Assembly (NCBI RefSeq): GCF_018350175.1
Contig: NC_058368.1
Location: 37,140,001 to 37,204,000, forward strand
Direction of reading: 5' to 3'
DNA length: 64,000 bases
DNA from: Felis catus
Lineage: Eukaryota
Positions 25,031 to 37,883 of the stretch are shown here, piece after piece; position 1 is the stretch's first letter; the number at the start of each line of letters is the position of its first letter. The notes under the pieces were generated by a model. That model saw nothing but the letters and a program-made list of their open reading frames with translations, did not search any database and was not told the origin of the DNA. A program made the position numbers and the translations under genes.

Positions 25031-25500
25031 GGAAAAGAAAGATATTCTCAGAAATAGATAACTACACTGCCACTTAAAATTCTTGATCAGCAGTATCTTA
25101 ATTTATAAACATAATATAATGTGGAAAAATAATTGAAGGACAAGGTATATATTTTCATCAAACTTGTAACTTAGATTTCTCCTCACCTACACATATCTTT
25201 TAAATAATAAAAGACATTAGTGAAATTGAATGCATTTTAAACTAGGCATTATTATAAAAATGTAACAGGGGATTTACAATTAGAGCCATCTATTATATTT
25301 ATTAAATTGCAAGCATATTTCAAGAGCATCAAAGTAAAAAAATAATCTCAAAGGATGCTGACTGGCAAAAGCACATGAAGTGCAAACTTAGAAACTACAC
25401 ATCAAGTGTCAGATTTTCTCCCAAATAAAATATCTCAACTTTTAAAGTAGAACCCAGAGTTTTTCTTTAAACTGCAATAGGAGAATAGAAGAAATAACTG

Positions 25501-25695
25501 GGGCGCCTGGGTGGCTCAGTCAGCTGAGTGTCCAGCTCTTGGTTTCGGCTCAGGTCATGATCTCTCAGTTTGGGAGTTCAAGCCCCGTGTCAGGCTCTGT
25601 GCTGACAGTGTGGAGCCTGCTTGGGATTCTCTCTCTCTCTCTCTCTCTCTCTGCCCCTCCCCTGCTTGCGCTCTCTCTCTCTCTCAAAATAAATA
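25501..25695 (+). mobile_element. Can-SINE
   Basis: gggcgcctgggtggctcagtc..caaaataaataa. Confidence 0.93.
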
Positions 25696-25696
25696 A

Positions 25697-25940
25697 CTTT
25701 TTTTCTTTCTTTTTATTTATTTATTTATTTTTCAACGTTTTTTTAATTTATTTTTGGGACAGAGAGAGACAGAGCATGAACGGGGGAGGGGCAGAGAGAG
25801 AGGGAGACACAGAATCGGAAACAGGCTCCAGGCTCCGAGCCATCAGCCCAGAGCCTGACGCGGGGCTCGAACTCCCGGACCGCGAGATCGTGACCTGGCT
25901 GAAGTCGGACGCTTAACCGACTGCGCCACCCAGGCGCCCC
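25697..25940 (-). mobile_element. Young SINEC_Fc-type SINE inserted in the tail of the preceding SINE
   Basis: CpG-rich body, tail-to-tail with 25501-25695. Confidence 0.95.
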
Positions 25941-26509
25941 TCTTTTTTTTTTTTTTAAACAAAAAGTAACTAACAGTTATCTTTCAATGCTCTTTGAATC
26001 TGTCCTCAACTTTTGGAAGGTATTAAAACGTATCATAAAGAAGGGAAAAACATTGCTTTGAATATTTGAAATTATTGCACTAAAATACGCTGGTTGTAGT
26101 AAACAAAGGAGTATTAGAATGCAGAGAGGCCAGAGGTGTTTGCATGACCCAGAGGATCTGAAAAACAGCGAAGCCCCACTTTTGTTCCCTGGCAACACAC
26201 ACACCATCCTAGGTCCCTGTTCTGCATGTACCAGTATTACACAGGGAACAGGCTGCATAGTCAACAGCCACAGCCAGGGTGATTTTTTCAAAAGTAAGAA
26301 ACTAATGTAGCTACAATTCTACATGACCAAAGACCTGGACCCAAGAGGGAATGTAGAGAGACAGGTGATTTTTCAACTGTGGGAGAGGTGAAAAGAAATT
26401 TCTGAACTGCTCCAAGGTTCACACACACAGTGCAGTTATGGAAAATGCTGGATGCTGCATATGGAAATGAGAGCAATCCATTTTCATTCATAGTAAAGAA
26501 AACTATGCC

Positions 26510-26729
26510 GGGGCGCCTGGGTGGCGCAGTCGGTTAAGCGTCTGACATCAGCCAGGTCATGATCTCGCGGTCCGTGAGTTCGAGCCCCGCGTCAGGCTCT
26601 AGGCTGATGGCTTGGAGCCTGTTTCCGATTCTGTATCTCCCTCTCTCTCTGCCCCTCCCCCGTTCATGCTCTGTCTCTCTCTGTCCCAAAAATAAATAAA
26701 AAACGTCGAAAAAAAATTTAAAAAAAAGA
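26510..26729 (+). mobile_element. Young SINEC_Fc-type SINE
   Basis: TSD aaagaaaactatgcc. Confidence 0.95.
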
Positions 26730-26809
26730 AAAGAAAACTATGCCAATTATTGGGTTTGAGCTGAATGGGTTTGCAGGCTGAGTCAGTATCCTTCACTGGA
26801 AAATACAGA

Positions 26810-26990
26810 CAGGCTTGGATTTGAATTCTGATCCCCTTCTTAATCGTTACACATCAACTGAGTAATTGTTTAATTTTTATGTTTATCTGTAAAATTGGCA
26901 TGTTACTGCCTTCCTTACAGGGTGATTGTAAAAAGACTCAATGAGATAACATATCTCAGTAATACTAGAAACCTAGTAGGTACAGAACAA
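26810..26990 (+). mobile_element. MIR
   Basis: tttgaattctg..atctgtaaaattgg..aatgagataacata. Confidence 0.65.
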
Positions 26991-28071
26991 AATAAGGATG
27001 TAAATTATAAATATAAGTAAAGCACAGTATAAGTATAAAGTAGAAGTATAAAGTACATAATGAGGTTTCATTGACTTTATTGTGTATCTGTTTAAAGTCT
27101 GGCATTTGTGTATATACAAATTTGTGTATATGGTATATGTCTTTGGATTGTATTACTTAGAGCTTTCTTTTTATGTGTCCTAAATTTTTGGTGTTCCTGG
27201 GAGATCTTAGAAAGTGGAGTGCCTGATTTGGTGAGTGGTAATGTGCCATTCAGAATTATTTCATGAAACTTACTTAACCAGGGGAAGAAGTACTGAATGG
27301 CTGTATTGGTTATTGTACTACCTTACTTTAGAAACGTATCAGTCTCTGTTCAAAACTGAATGGCATAAAAAAAAAAAAAACAACCCTGAATGGGAAAGAA
27401 GACAAAACCTGTATGTATCAGAAAATCATTTGACTTAAAATGCAGAAGACTAAGTTCTCAATCCTTTACCAATGGACGTATGAGAGAAAGCACATTACCT
27501 ATTGAGCCTCAGAATTTTATCTGAACTGTGAGAGTGGTTTATATGAGTAATTTCTAACTCTTGTTTTCTGGCATCTATAATTTCCCCTTTATTTGATTCT
27601 TTTTATTTTCTTACCATCTGATCTCTGGATTTATAAATCTTTCTCTTCTAATGTAAAACTTTCATTCAAGAAGTACTTTTAATTTTAAAATTAATATTTG
27701 CAAAAATTCCTATGCCCCTTTGAAATTAAACAAAGTAAATATTTATATGTATAATAAAATAGTCATATAAACCATATAATGTCAATTAAGAAAAATAATA
27801 TAGGGTCAAATATATTAGTATTGAGGCTAAATATTATAATGTTTACCCACACAGCATATAATATACATTAAAGGATTAATGAAAAACATGTTAGCATATG
27901 CTAACATTTTAGCATATGCATCACTGATGCCATTTTATGTCAATCTATTAGTCTATTTTAAACTTCAGGTAAATTCCACAGAAGAAATACTGTGATTATA
28001 TTAGCTGACTTCTAATTGTATTTTTGCCAGTAACTTCAGACAAATTATTTCTAACTCTAGATTCCATTTTT

Positions 28072-28157
28072 TCCAGTTTTATTGAGGTATAATGAACAAA
28101 ATTATGCAATATGTAAAGTGTACATGATTATATATATATATATATATATATACCCAT

Positions 28158-28195
<38 letters not shown>

Positions 28196-28545
28196 CATGC
28201 AAGGATCCTCCATTCAGTTAATTAACATGTCCATTGCCTCACATATTTCTCCCCCTAGGGTGTGTGTGTGTGTGTGTGTATGTGTGCACGCGTGCATGTG
28301 TGTGCGCGCATGAGTGAAAACATTTAAGTTCTACTTTCGTAGCAAATTTAAATTATACAACACAACGTTATCAACTATTACTTTCTCAGACTTGATTCAT
28401 CCTATAGCTGGAAGTTTGTGCCTTTTCACCATCTTCTCGTATATCCTAGACCCCTCATCCCCGGCAACCACTTTTCTGCTCTGTTTCTATGAGGTAGACT
28501 TTTTTTTTAAGATTCCACATATACATGATATCTTGCAGTATATTC
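28072..28545 (-). mobile_element. L1 3' end with (TA)n/(CA)n/(TG)n expansions
   Basis: cagttttattgaggtataatga..agattccacatata. Confidence 0.85.
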
Positions 28546-29221
28546 CGATGTAATTATCCAACAAACAAGAGTTAATAATACATGCCCTAATTATCCTTAT
28601 AATTAAGTGAGGTTCAAGTTAATGAATTTATTTAAATGAGTTTTAAAGAGTTAAAAGAGTGATCATTGTTTTGTTATAAAAGATATGGCCTATAGAGCCA
28701 AATAAAATGTGTACGGAATTTTCCTCTACTTCACAGGTACAGATCCCGTGAAGAGTTACCGAGCATCTCTGAACCTCAATGCCATCATCAGCAAAGTGGG
28801 GTAGTAATACAGAGCCATGAAGTTAAAGTGAAAAAGCACACCCAAAAATAACTACCATGATGTCTGGCCTTTGAAATTGTACTCAATAAATTATAATTTT
28901 CCTTCCTTCTGTACTTTACATGATAAATATATTTGATATAATTAGTCATGACACATGTTACAAAGGTAAAAGACAAAGCATAAATTATATTTTCAACACG
29001 ATTTTTAATACATTAAAACATACAATAAACTTCCCCAACGCAGTAAGTAAATGAAAGAGAGACAAGCCTATAGAAAGCAGTCAGTTTAAGGAGTAAGAAA
29101 CTGGAATGGCCTATAAATAAGATGATTTTCAGTTTTCTCACTTGAATGTCCAACAAACAACTCTGATCTACCATTTTATGTCCACAGTAGTGAACATTTT
29201 CAATTTGGAAATTATTTTTCT

Positions 29222-29436
29222 AAATTTTTTTTTCAATGTTTATTTATTTTTGGGACAGAGAGAGACAGAGCATGAACGGGGGAGGGGCAGAGAGAGAGGG
29301 AGACACAGAATCAGAAACAGGCTCCAGGCTCTGAGCCATCAGCCCAGAGCCTGAGGCGGGGCTCAAACTCACGGACCGCGAGATCGTGACCTGGCTGAAG
29401 TCGGACGCTTAACAGACTGCGCCACCCAGGCGCCCC
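29222..29436 (-). mobile_element. Young SINEC_Fc-type SINE
   Basis: TSD tggaaattattttt. Confidence 0.95.
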
Positions 29437-30049
29437 TGGAAATTATTTTTATCATGACTGCATATGAACAGAAATTCTCATACACTTTAGGTGTATTTGG
29501 GTGACAAATATTATTGCCAAATAAAGTTGAATTTGCATACCCTTCAGTTCAGTAATTTCATTAGGAGATATATACCTAGAAAATTTTTATTAAATGTGCA
29601 AAATAAGACTGTACGAAGACAAAGTGAAAAAATATACAGGAAAAAGCCATAATTCTATTTCAGTAGAGGGATGGATAACTAAGCTTTGATTTTTTTTTCA
29701 TAAATTGGCTATTGAAAAGCAGTATAAAATAATGAACAATATTTACCTGTATCCACACGAAAAATATCTCAAAAGCATAGTGCTGAGTCTAAAAATAAAG
29801 TTACACAATTATATATTTAGGACCACAGTTTGAATTTCCAAGCAATTTCATGCATTTTAAATTGCATCGGTATTTTCCTAACATGTAAAAGTATGGTAGA
29901 AAAAATTTACTTTGACTTGAGACTCATGGATACTTCTAGGGATGGAGTTTAAGAAACGGGATGGTGTAGGCTTGTAATGGGATCAATTATATATGTGTAT
30001 ATGTGTGTCTAAAATTTAGTTACAAATGATATGTATATAAAGTATAAAG

Positions 30050-30480
30050 TTTTGTTTGTTGGTTTGTTTGTTGTTGTTTTAGCCTAAGTGCTATTTATTT
30101 GAAAGGGCGTTGAATTTAGAGTATAGCCCTCCTGGGGACAGGATGAAACAAAGCAAGCAATGCAAGTCAGCCTTCTGTTCATCCTATCCTCTTGCTGCTC
30201 TACTGGGCCGTCTTGTTCATGGTCATCTTGAAGAAGCGGTCAGTCTTCATATGGGCACCTATTTTCTCCAAAGCCTCAAAACAGCACATGAAATTCTTCT
30301 GATTTAGAAATTCATTCAGGCACTTGGGCTCAAACATCTGATTCTGATCTAAGACACAGGTGAAGAAATCCAAAGTTAAGGTTTTCTCCTGCAAACCATG
30401 AGAGTTTCCCGAGGCACAAGGAGAATGGTTTCAGTTGTCCAGGTAGCTGTTCCAAGTACTAAGTCTTTTCCAAGTACTGG
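30050..30480 (-). pseudogene. GSTM3: 5'-truncated processed pseudogene of glutathione S-transferase mu 3
   Basis: Reads YLEQLPGQLKPFSLCLGKLSWFAGE/(frameshift)DFFTCVLDQNQMFEPKCLNEFLNQKNFMCCFEALEKIGAHMKTDRFFKMTMNKTAQ*, versus GSTM3 QYLEELPGQLKQFSMFLGKFSWFAGEKLTFVDF..KCLDEF..FEALEKIAAY..NKMAQW. No introns; AATAAA at 30094-30099; decayed poly-A at 30050-30080. Confidence 0.92.
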
Positions 30481-30875
30481 CTCTATATATAAAGAGAGAA
30501 ATAATATATAGAAGGTAGAATATTAAGAAATAATATTTAGTCTGTATGCTACTGTGGGTATTAATATGTGCTACAGTTCTTGTAACTGCCAAAATATTCT
30601 GATTTGGTTTAAATAAACCCAGTCATCTATGCTGTGTTTTTATTGTTTAATGAACAATCTAGTTCATGAAGTTTCAGGTAGTTGATGGACTCCATTTTGA
30701 GCAACACTGATTTAAGATAGTGAAATTCAGACTTATAAGCCATGATTTTTTCATGTGTGATTCTTAAAGTATTTTGTTTTACCCATATATAATTTTTTTT
30801 AGGTTTAGTCTAATTTCTCTTGTGTGCTCTGCTAAATTACCTCCTATTTAGGATAGTCTGTGTTTTTTTAAATCA

Positions 30876-31195
30876 TTTTTTTTCATCATGGTAAGACTAC
30901 TCTTTAACCCGCATCACCTATTTCCCCCATCCCCTCACCCACCTCCCCTCTGGTAACCATCAGTTTGTTCTCTGTAGTTAAGAGTCTGTTTTTTGGTTTT
31001 TCTCTCTCCCTCTCCCTCTCTCTCTCTCTTTCCTTTGCTCATTTGCTTTGTTTCTTAAGTTTCATATATGAGTGAAATCATATGGTATTTGTCTTTTTCT
31101 ACAGACTTATTTTGCTTACCATAATACTCTCTAGCTCCATCTATGTCATTATAAATGGCAAGATTTCATTCTTCTTTATGGCTGAGTAATACTCC

Positions 31196-31229
<34 letters not shown>

Positions 31230-32934
31230 CATATATACCATATATATATACACATATGTATACATATATACATTGATATATATTGATAGATGAATGGGTA
31301 AAGAAGAGGTGGTATATACACATATATGTATATATGTGTATATATGTGTATATATACATATGTGTATGTGTATGTGTATGTGTATATATACATATATGTG
31401 TATATACCACCTCTTCTTTACCCATTCATCTATCAATAGGCAGTTGAGTTGCTTCTATTGTTTGACTATTGTAAATAATGCTACAATAACCATTGGGGTG
31501 CATACATCCTTTGAATTAGTGTTTTTGTAATTTGGGGCTAAATACCCAGTAGTATGATTCCTGGGTTGTAAGGTAGTTCTGTTTTTTTTTACTATTGTTA
31601 TTTTTTGATAATAATAATAATATCATGCTGTTTTCCACAATGGATGCACCAGTTTGCATTCCCACCAACAGTACTCACGGGTTCCTGTTTCTCCACATCC
31701 TCATCAATACTTGTTTCTTGTGTATTTATTTATTTATTTATTTATTTATTTATTTTTTATTTTAGCCATTCTGACAGGTGTGAGCTGATATCTCATAGTA
31801 GTGATTTTTATTTCCCTGATGATGAGTAACTTCATGTGTGGTCATCTGTGTGTCTTCCCTGGAGAAATGCCTGGTCATGTGTTCTGCTCATTTTTTAATT
31901 GGATTATTTGCTTTTTGGGTGTTGAGTATTGAGTTGTATCAGTTCTTTATATATTTTCGGTACTAAGCCTTTATTGAATGTGTTATTTGCAGATATCTCC
32001 TCCATTCAGTAAGTTGCCTTTCAGCTTTGTTGATTGTTTCCTTTGCTGTACAGACACTTTTTATTTTGTTGTAGACTCAATAGTTTCTTTGTGCTTTTGT
32101 TTCCCTTGCCTCAAGAGACATATCTAGCCATGATTGCTTGGGCTAATGTCAGAGAGATTCCTGCCTGTGTGCTCTTCAAGAATTTTGATGGTTTCGGGTC
32201 TCATATTTAGGTCTTTATTCCATTTTGATTTTATTTTTGTGTATGGTGAAAGAAAGTGGTCCAATTTCATTCTTTCATATATGGCTATCTAGTTTTCCCA
32301 ACATCATTTGTTGAAAGACTGTCTTTTTTCCATTGCACATTTATACCTCCTTTATTGAATATTAATTGACCATATAATTGTCAGTTTATCTCTGGATTTT
32401 CGGTTCTATCCCACTCTATTTGTATGCCAGTATCATACTGCTTTAATTACTATTGTTTTATAATATAACTTGAAATCTGGAATTGTGGTATCTCCAGTTT
32501 TGTTTTTCTTTTTCAAGATTGCTTTGGCTACTTGAGGTCTTTTGTGGTTTCATACAAATTTTAGGATTGTTTTGTTCTAGTTCTGTGAAAAATGCTGTTG
32601 GTATTTTGATAGGGATTGCATTAAATCTGTAGATTACTTTGGATAGTGATAAATGAATTTGGTAAAGTAGCAGGATACAAAATCAATTGTACATAAATCT
32701 GTAGCATTCCTATAAACTAATAATGGAGCAGCATAAAGTGAAACTAAGAAAGCAGTCCCATATGTAATTGCACCAAAAACAGTAAAGTATCTAGAAATAA
32801 ACTTAACCAAAGACCTATGCTCTGAAAACTGTGAAACACTGATGAAATAAATTAAAGATGATGCAAAGAGATGCAAAGACATGCCATACTCATGGATTGG
32901 AAGAATAAATATTGTTAAAATGTCTGCACTACCC
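30876..32934 (-). mobile_element. Carnivore L1, 5'-truncated, with 5' inversion (32647-32934 on +)
   Basis: 3'UTR and ORF2 run on minus to about 32647, then upstream ORF2 sequence runs on plus ending actaccc; degenerate TSD gga..tctgt.ttttt. Confidence 0.92.
31281..31438. repeat. Perfect 55-bp inverted repeat with 48-nt spacer
   Basis: 31281-31335 is the exact reverse complement of 31384-31438. Confidence 0.95.
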
Positions 32935-33049
32935 GGAGTTATCTGTATTTTTATAAGAACTTTAGCTGCCATTTATATGTAGTTGCTAGAATACAACTGG
33001 TGTTAAATCTCTATTCTGACTCTTAGAATTTATATAACCCAAAACAACC

Positions 33050-33180
33050 TCTATTCCATCATTTGTAAAATGGTATGGCAACATTACTGACCTTAGAAGA
33101 TGTCATGGGGATTAAATAAGAACATGTTAGACCACAGGACTGTGCTTGGCACATAGTATAAATGCTCTCTATTATTATTA
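33050..33180 (+). mobile_element. MIR fragment
   Basis: catcatttgtaaaatgg..gattaaataaga..cttggcacatagta. Confidence 0.7.
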
Positions 33181-35003
33181 GCAACTTCAACAACACCATC
33201 ATTATTACCATCAGTCCTTTAAACAATTTGGAAGTAGTTGCTGTCTTTCTGGTTATTAGCTTTTAAGGTAACACTCATTTGCATGATTTTGAAAATCTTC
33301 CATAATTTCACTGAACTTTCCCACATACTAACAAGATGATCTTCTGATATCACTGTGTCTTAAATCAGCTGTGTTCTTAACCTGACCACCCCTTTTGATC
33401 ATTCATGGTCCTCACCCTCAATGTCCTTTACTTCTCATTTATCTCTTTTAATCCTGTCCATTGTTCAAAGCTTGCCTCAGATCTCATCTTCTCTACAATT
33501 ACACTGAATCCATTGAAATTTTTTCAATCAATATTTATACTGTCTAGGTCAGGTGATTTAGTGGCTCATTGTGTTCTGTAGTATATTTTTCACTGATGTT
33601 TCATGTTCATATCTTCGCCACAAAGTAAACTGTTTGAAGCTGTGTGTTGCATTTGTGATGTCTTTCCTCACTCACACAGAGCTTTACAGAATCATGAGTG
33701 ACTAGCAGATACTTAGTACATTTTGGTTGTAGTAGAAAGCAATGTACTATATTTTCCCTAGCATCTGATTTTGGCTCTCACTCTGATTGTGGCGATCACT
33801 GTTAAAGCCTATTGTAAATCATGGTTTTGATTTCACTTCATTCATTCACCTTGTATTTGGGAATCAGTCTATCTTTTCTGAAGTAAACAACCCCAGATGA
33901 AAAGTCTTAACTAATTTTTGTTATAAACACCTTTTAAACTTTTATAAATAACAATTATTAACATAATTAAGTGTGGTCATGTAAGACAAAAGAATGAGAA
34001 TGGTTATTCCTTAAGAAAAAGGTGGGAGCTTCAGCAAAGCAGAGCCGCTATTGCTTATGTTCTTGTTGCTTTAATTAGGCCAATTTATCCTAGACATACA
34101 ATGACTGTTAAAGAGGAAAAAAAGTCGAATACTTCTGACAAGAGAACAAGTTAAAATAAAGTGTCCCAGAGGTTCACAGCAGAGCCTCACTTCTTACAGG
34201 GACAACAGCTCTCTACACTGTGGTACTGAGCCTCAGTGAGCCACTGTGGGAATTAGATATCCTAGAAGACAATCTCAGGCTAGTTTAGATTGTTCTGGTC
34301 AAAGCTTCCATCATTCATAGGGCGATAATTTAATTTAGAGCAAAAAAGAAAAAAAATCATATCAGATTATAATTTATAATACTGCTTAAAATATGAAGTC
34401 CAATAGCTATTTTAAGTTTAAAACATGTTTTAATAATTACCCTCTGAATTTTAGGAGCCATCAAATATTACTAAATCTTTTGTTCTCTTTGAGGTTTTTG
34501 AGACTCATGGTTAACTTATAAAAAATTAAACTACTCTTTTTTTATCAATGCCTGGTAGTGAAACCATAATTCTAAAAATATATTTAATCTGTAATAGATA
34601 TATTTTCATACATTTTTTCAGTCTCCTTTATCCAGGCAAATACTTTTAGTCTTTTCTAAGGTTCATCATTGTCAGGAAGGTGACTTTAGGGTATACCCAG
34701 GACTGTCTTTCATTGCACTGTTGGAAAGCAAGTTATGAAATCGTGACTATATGTTGAAAAGAATAGTTTTCCTGGAAAGGCTCATAGAAGAGAGGTAAAT
34801 GACAAGTAAAACCTGTTGAGGTATTTCCAGATAACATAGTCCATGAAACACCATATGATGGAAATTGGTTTCTCAAATAATAATTTATCATCAGTTTATC
34901 ACTTCTGATCAGTGGTCTAACTTTAAGGTTCAAGGTTTAGATAATATTTCTACCTCCTAGTTTATAATCTGTGTTAATTCATTATCTGTTTATTCCTCAA
35001 CCA

Positions 35004-35027
35004 TTTTTTAAATGTTTATTTACTTTT

Positions 35028-35076
<49 letters not shown>

Positions 35077-35238
35077 TGGGGGAGGGGCAGAGAGAGAGGG
35101 AGACACAGAATCTGAAGCAGGCTCCAGGTTCTGAGCTGTCAGCACAGAGCCTGATGCGAGGCTCGAACTCACAGACTGCGAGATCATGACCTGAACCGAA
35201 GTCGGACGCACAACCGACTGAGCCACCCAGGTGCCCCT
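35004..35238 (-). mobile_element. Can-SINE with long (GA)n
   Basis: TSD tcaaccattt. Confidence 0.95.
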
Positions 35239-36522
35239 ATCAACCATTTCTTGGTGAAATCAGAGCATGGAAATAAAATGATTAAGATGCAGCTTGTGCT
35301 TTCAGGAGTTTCATAGATTTTTCACAGAAAGATACAGAGACAGAGACAGACAGACAGACAGACATACAGACATTATAGGAACAATTGTAATGATAGCCAA
35401 ACTCAACGTATGTTTTGAATCCCTATTCGCTAGGAAAGAAAAACATGAATCTTGGTCATTTCTGTTCTGTATTACTCCTTTCCTTGGAGTTGTAACTGAA
35501 TCCTAGGAGCACGTGTATATTCAAGGCTATGAGTGTGTTAGGGCGGAGGAAGATCTGTTCCCTTCAGGTGTTCATTGACACATGTAAGCTGCCAATGACC
35601 CCATACTGCAAGTGCAACTACTCAGTCAATCATTCTTTCTCCTGCAATATTACTGTCTTGCTGGGTCTCTAACCGAGCAGGTAGAGATTCTTGTTTTCAG
35701 ACTCCAAATCTCTAATGTGTTGCCAGGCATCCAACCAGGGAAACACGATACAAATCCCATCTAGTTCAACATTCTCATTACTCCTCTTTTTACTCATGAT
35801 GATTTTTTTCATCAGAGACAGTTTCTCTATCTCAATGTTTTTTGCTTTAAATATAACCAGTATCATCTCTCTAATAGGTATAACCTTTTTAAATTATAAA
35901 CCCAGAGACTAAAAGATAATTTCTGATTTCTTCTTCATCATGTCTTTACTATGAAATACTATCTTCTTTTTGGACGATGAGGTAGCAGTGGGCTGAGTAC
36001 AGAGACAAGGAAATATTTTTCAAATATTGTGATACCACCACTTAATTAATATCAGAAGAAATAATGATTTTGGAGGACCATTACATACAATATTAAAGAG
36101 ATCATAAGGGCTAATAAAATAGGCTATATTTTTCCTGGCATTTGAAGAAAAAAAAATATGTCTGCACTGGGAGATAGTTTTGTTCAAGGATGATGTTGCA
36201 TGCAGCTCACAAAGGAGAAATACAATGACTGCTTTTGCTTTTCCTAAGGAATACTTTAGTAAAACATGTAGTAACAATGGTATGAAATAAAATTCTGATA
36301 TACTGATTACATGGGAAGAGGACGAGGCAGTGTCCAGCAAATAGTGATATAAACACAGTAATGGAGATGAACAAGGCCAGAATGCAATGAAAATATGAGT
36401 TGACCTCATGGATCTTATTTAAGAATTCTAGTGAAAAGGTAATGTCCATGAAGATGAGGCACCAGTCCAATAAGCCATATGCTAAAGGACAATAGCTCAT
36501 GGTTCTAAAGTGCCAGAAATCC

Positions 36523-36670
36523 AGAGCACCTAGGTGGTTCAGTCAGTTAAGTGTGCGACTCTTGATCTTGGCTCAGGTAATGATCTCAGTTCATGGGACT
36601 TTTTCTCTCTCTGCCCCTCCCCTGCTCATGTGCTTGCTCTATCTCTCAAAATAAATAAAGTTAAAAAAAA
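36523..36670 (+). mobile_element. Internally deleted Can-SINE
   Basis: TSD taaagtgccagaa. Confidence 0.9.
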
Positions 36671-37214
36671 TAAAGTGCCAGAAGTCCTAAAAATCTCTTA
36701 CAATCTAAGGGTATCTCACTTCTTCCATTCAACCATGAGGAGTCCAAGAAATTGGTGAAGTTTTAAGCCAGTAGGATCCAGCCATTTAATTAACCAAATA
36801 GGATTTTCTGTAAAACATATTTTTTTAGAAAAGGAGTGATAGAAAATTAAGCTGCCAGGCACCCTTCCTTCTTTATTCTGAGTTTTGTGACCTGTGAGCT
36901 TCCTGCTACCTGAATTGAGCCATGACAATTTTTATCTACCCTTCCCTTTCATTTCTGAGAAATCTGGAATTTCTGTGTTATTATTTTTTTTCCTTAAGTT
37001 TCCAAACAATATCATGGTATTTTAGATTTCTAGAGTTGATAATACAAATTCTTTCATGAGATTGAGGGTTGAAATGTGCAATTTTCTATAATATTTCAGT
37101 AGTTCATGGGAAAATGTTTGTAAACCCAGTGCTTTAATTGAGAACGGAGAAAAATTGATTAAGAATTCATTTTTTACTTTTTTGTTATTTTGATACATTT
37201 CTATATTGTAAAGT

Positions 37215-37430
37215 CTTATTTATTTATTCACTCATTCATTCATTTTGAGAGAGAGCACGGGCAAGTGGGTGGGGGGCAGAGAGACAGAGAGGGAGAGAGA
37301 GAATCCCAAATAGGCTCCATGCTCTCAGTGCAGAGCCTGACATGGGGCTCCATCTCATGAACCACGAGACCATGACCTGAGCTGAAATCACGAGCCAGAC
37401 ATTCAACCAACTGAGCCACGCAGGTGCCCC
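37215..37430 (-). mobile_element. Can-SINE
   Basis: Body ending caggtgcccc. Confidence 0.92.
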
Positions 37431-37677
37431 AAGTATTCACTTTTAGTCCCTCCATTTTTATGCTATTAAATCAGGTAGACATTTGTATTAAATGACCTCA
37501 CAAAAGATGGACATTCTATAGAGGATAAAATAAATAACATTCCTTATATTTCATTCCATCTATTTGAAAATTTAGATCTGGAGAATTTGATAATGTTTAA
37601 ATAATATTTTTCTGACTGATTTTCTTTTCTACTTTTTTTTAACCACATAAGACCCTTCCAAATTGGTTTACTTAAAA

Positions 37678-37883
37678 AATTTTAGTGTTTATTCATTTTT
37701 TGAGTGAGAGAGATAGAGTGTGGGTGGGGGAGGGGCAGAGAGAGAGGGAGACACAATCTGAAGCAGACTCCAGGCTCTGAGTTTTCAGCACAGAACCCCA
37801 CGTGGGGCTTGAGCCCATGAAGCACGAGGTCATGACCTCAGCCAAAACTGGACACTTAACCAACTGAGCCACCTAGGCACCAC
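37678..37883 (-). mobile_element. Can-SINE
   Basis: Body ending ccacctaggcacc. Confidence 0.92.

Noticed and set aside
28737..28890. Plus-strand terminal exon with a good acceptor and AATAAA
   Set aside because: The body resembles the MIR core and gives no recognisable protein.
30200..30260. Terminal exon of a live gene
   Set aside because: It is part of the intronless, frameshifted GSTM3 retrocopy.
31141..31530. Overlapping His/Thr/Tyr/Ile-rich ORFs
   Set aside because: They are translations of microsatellite and the inverted repeat.
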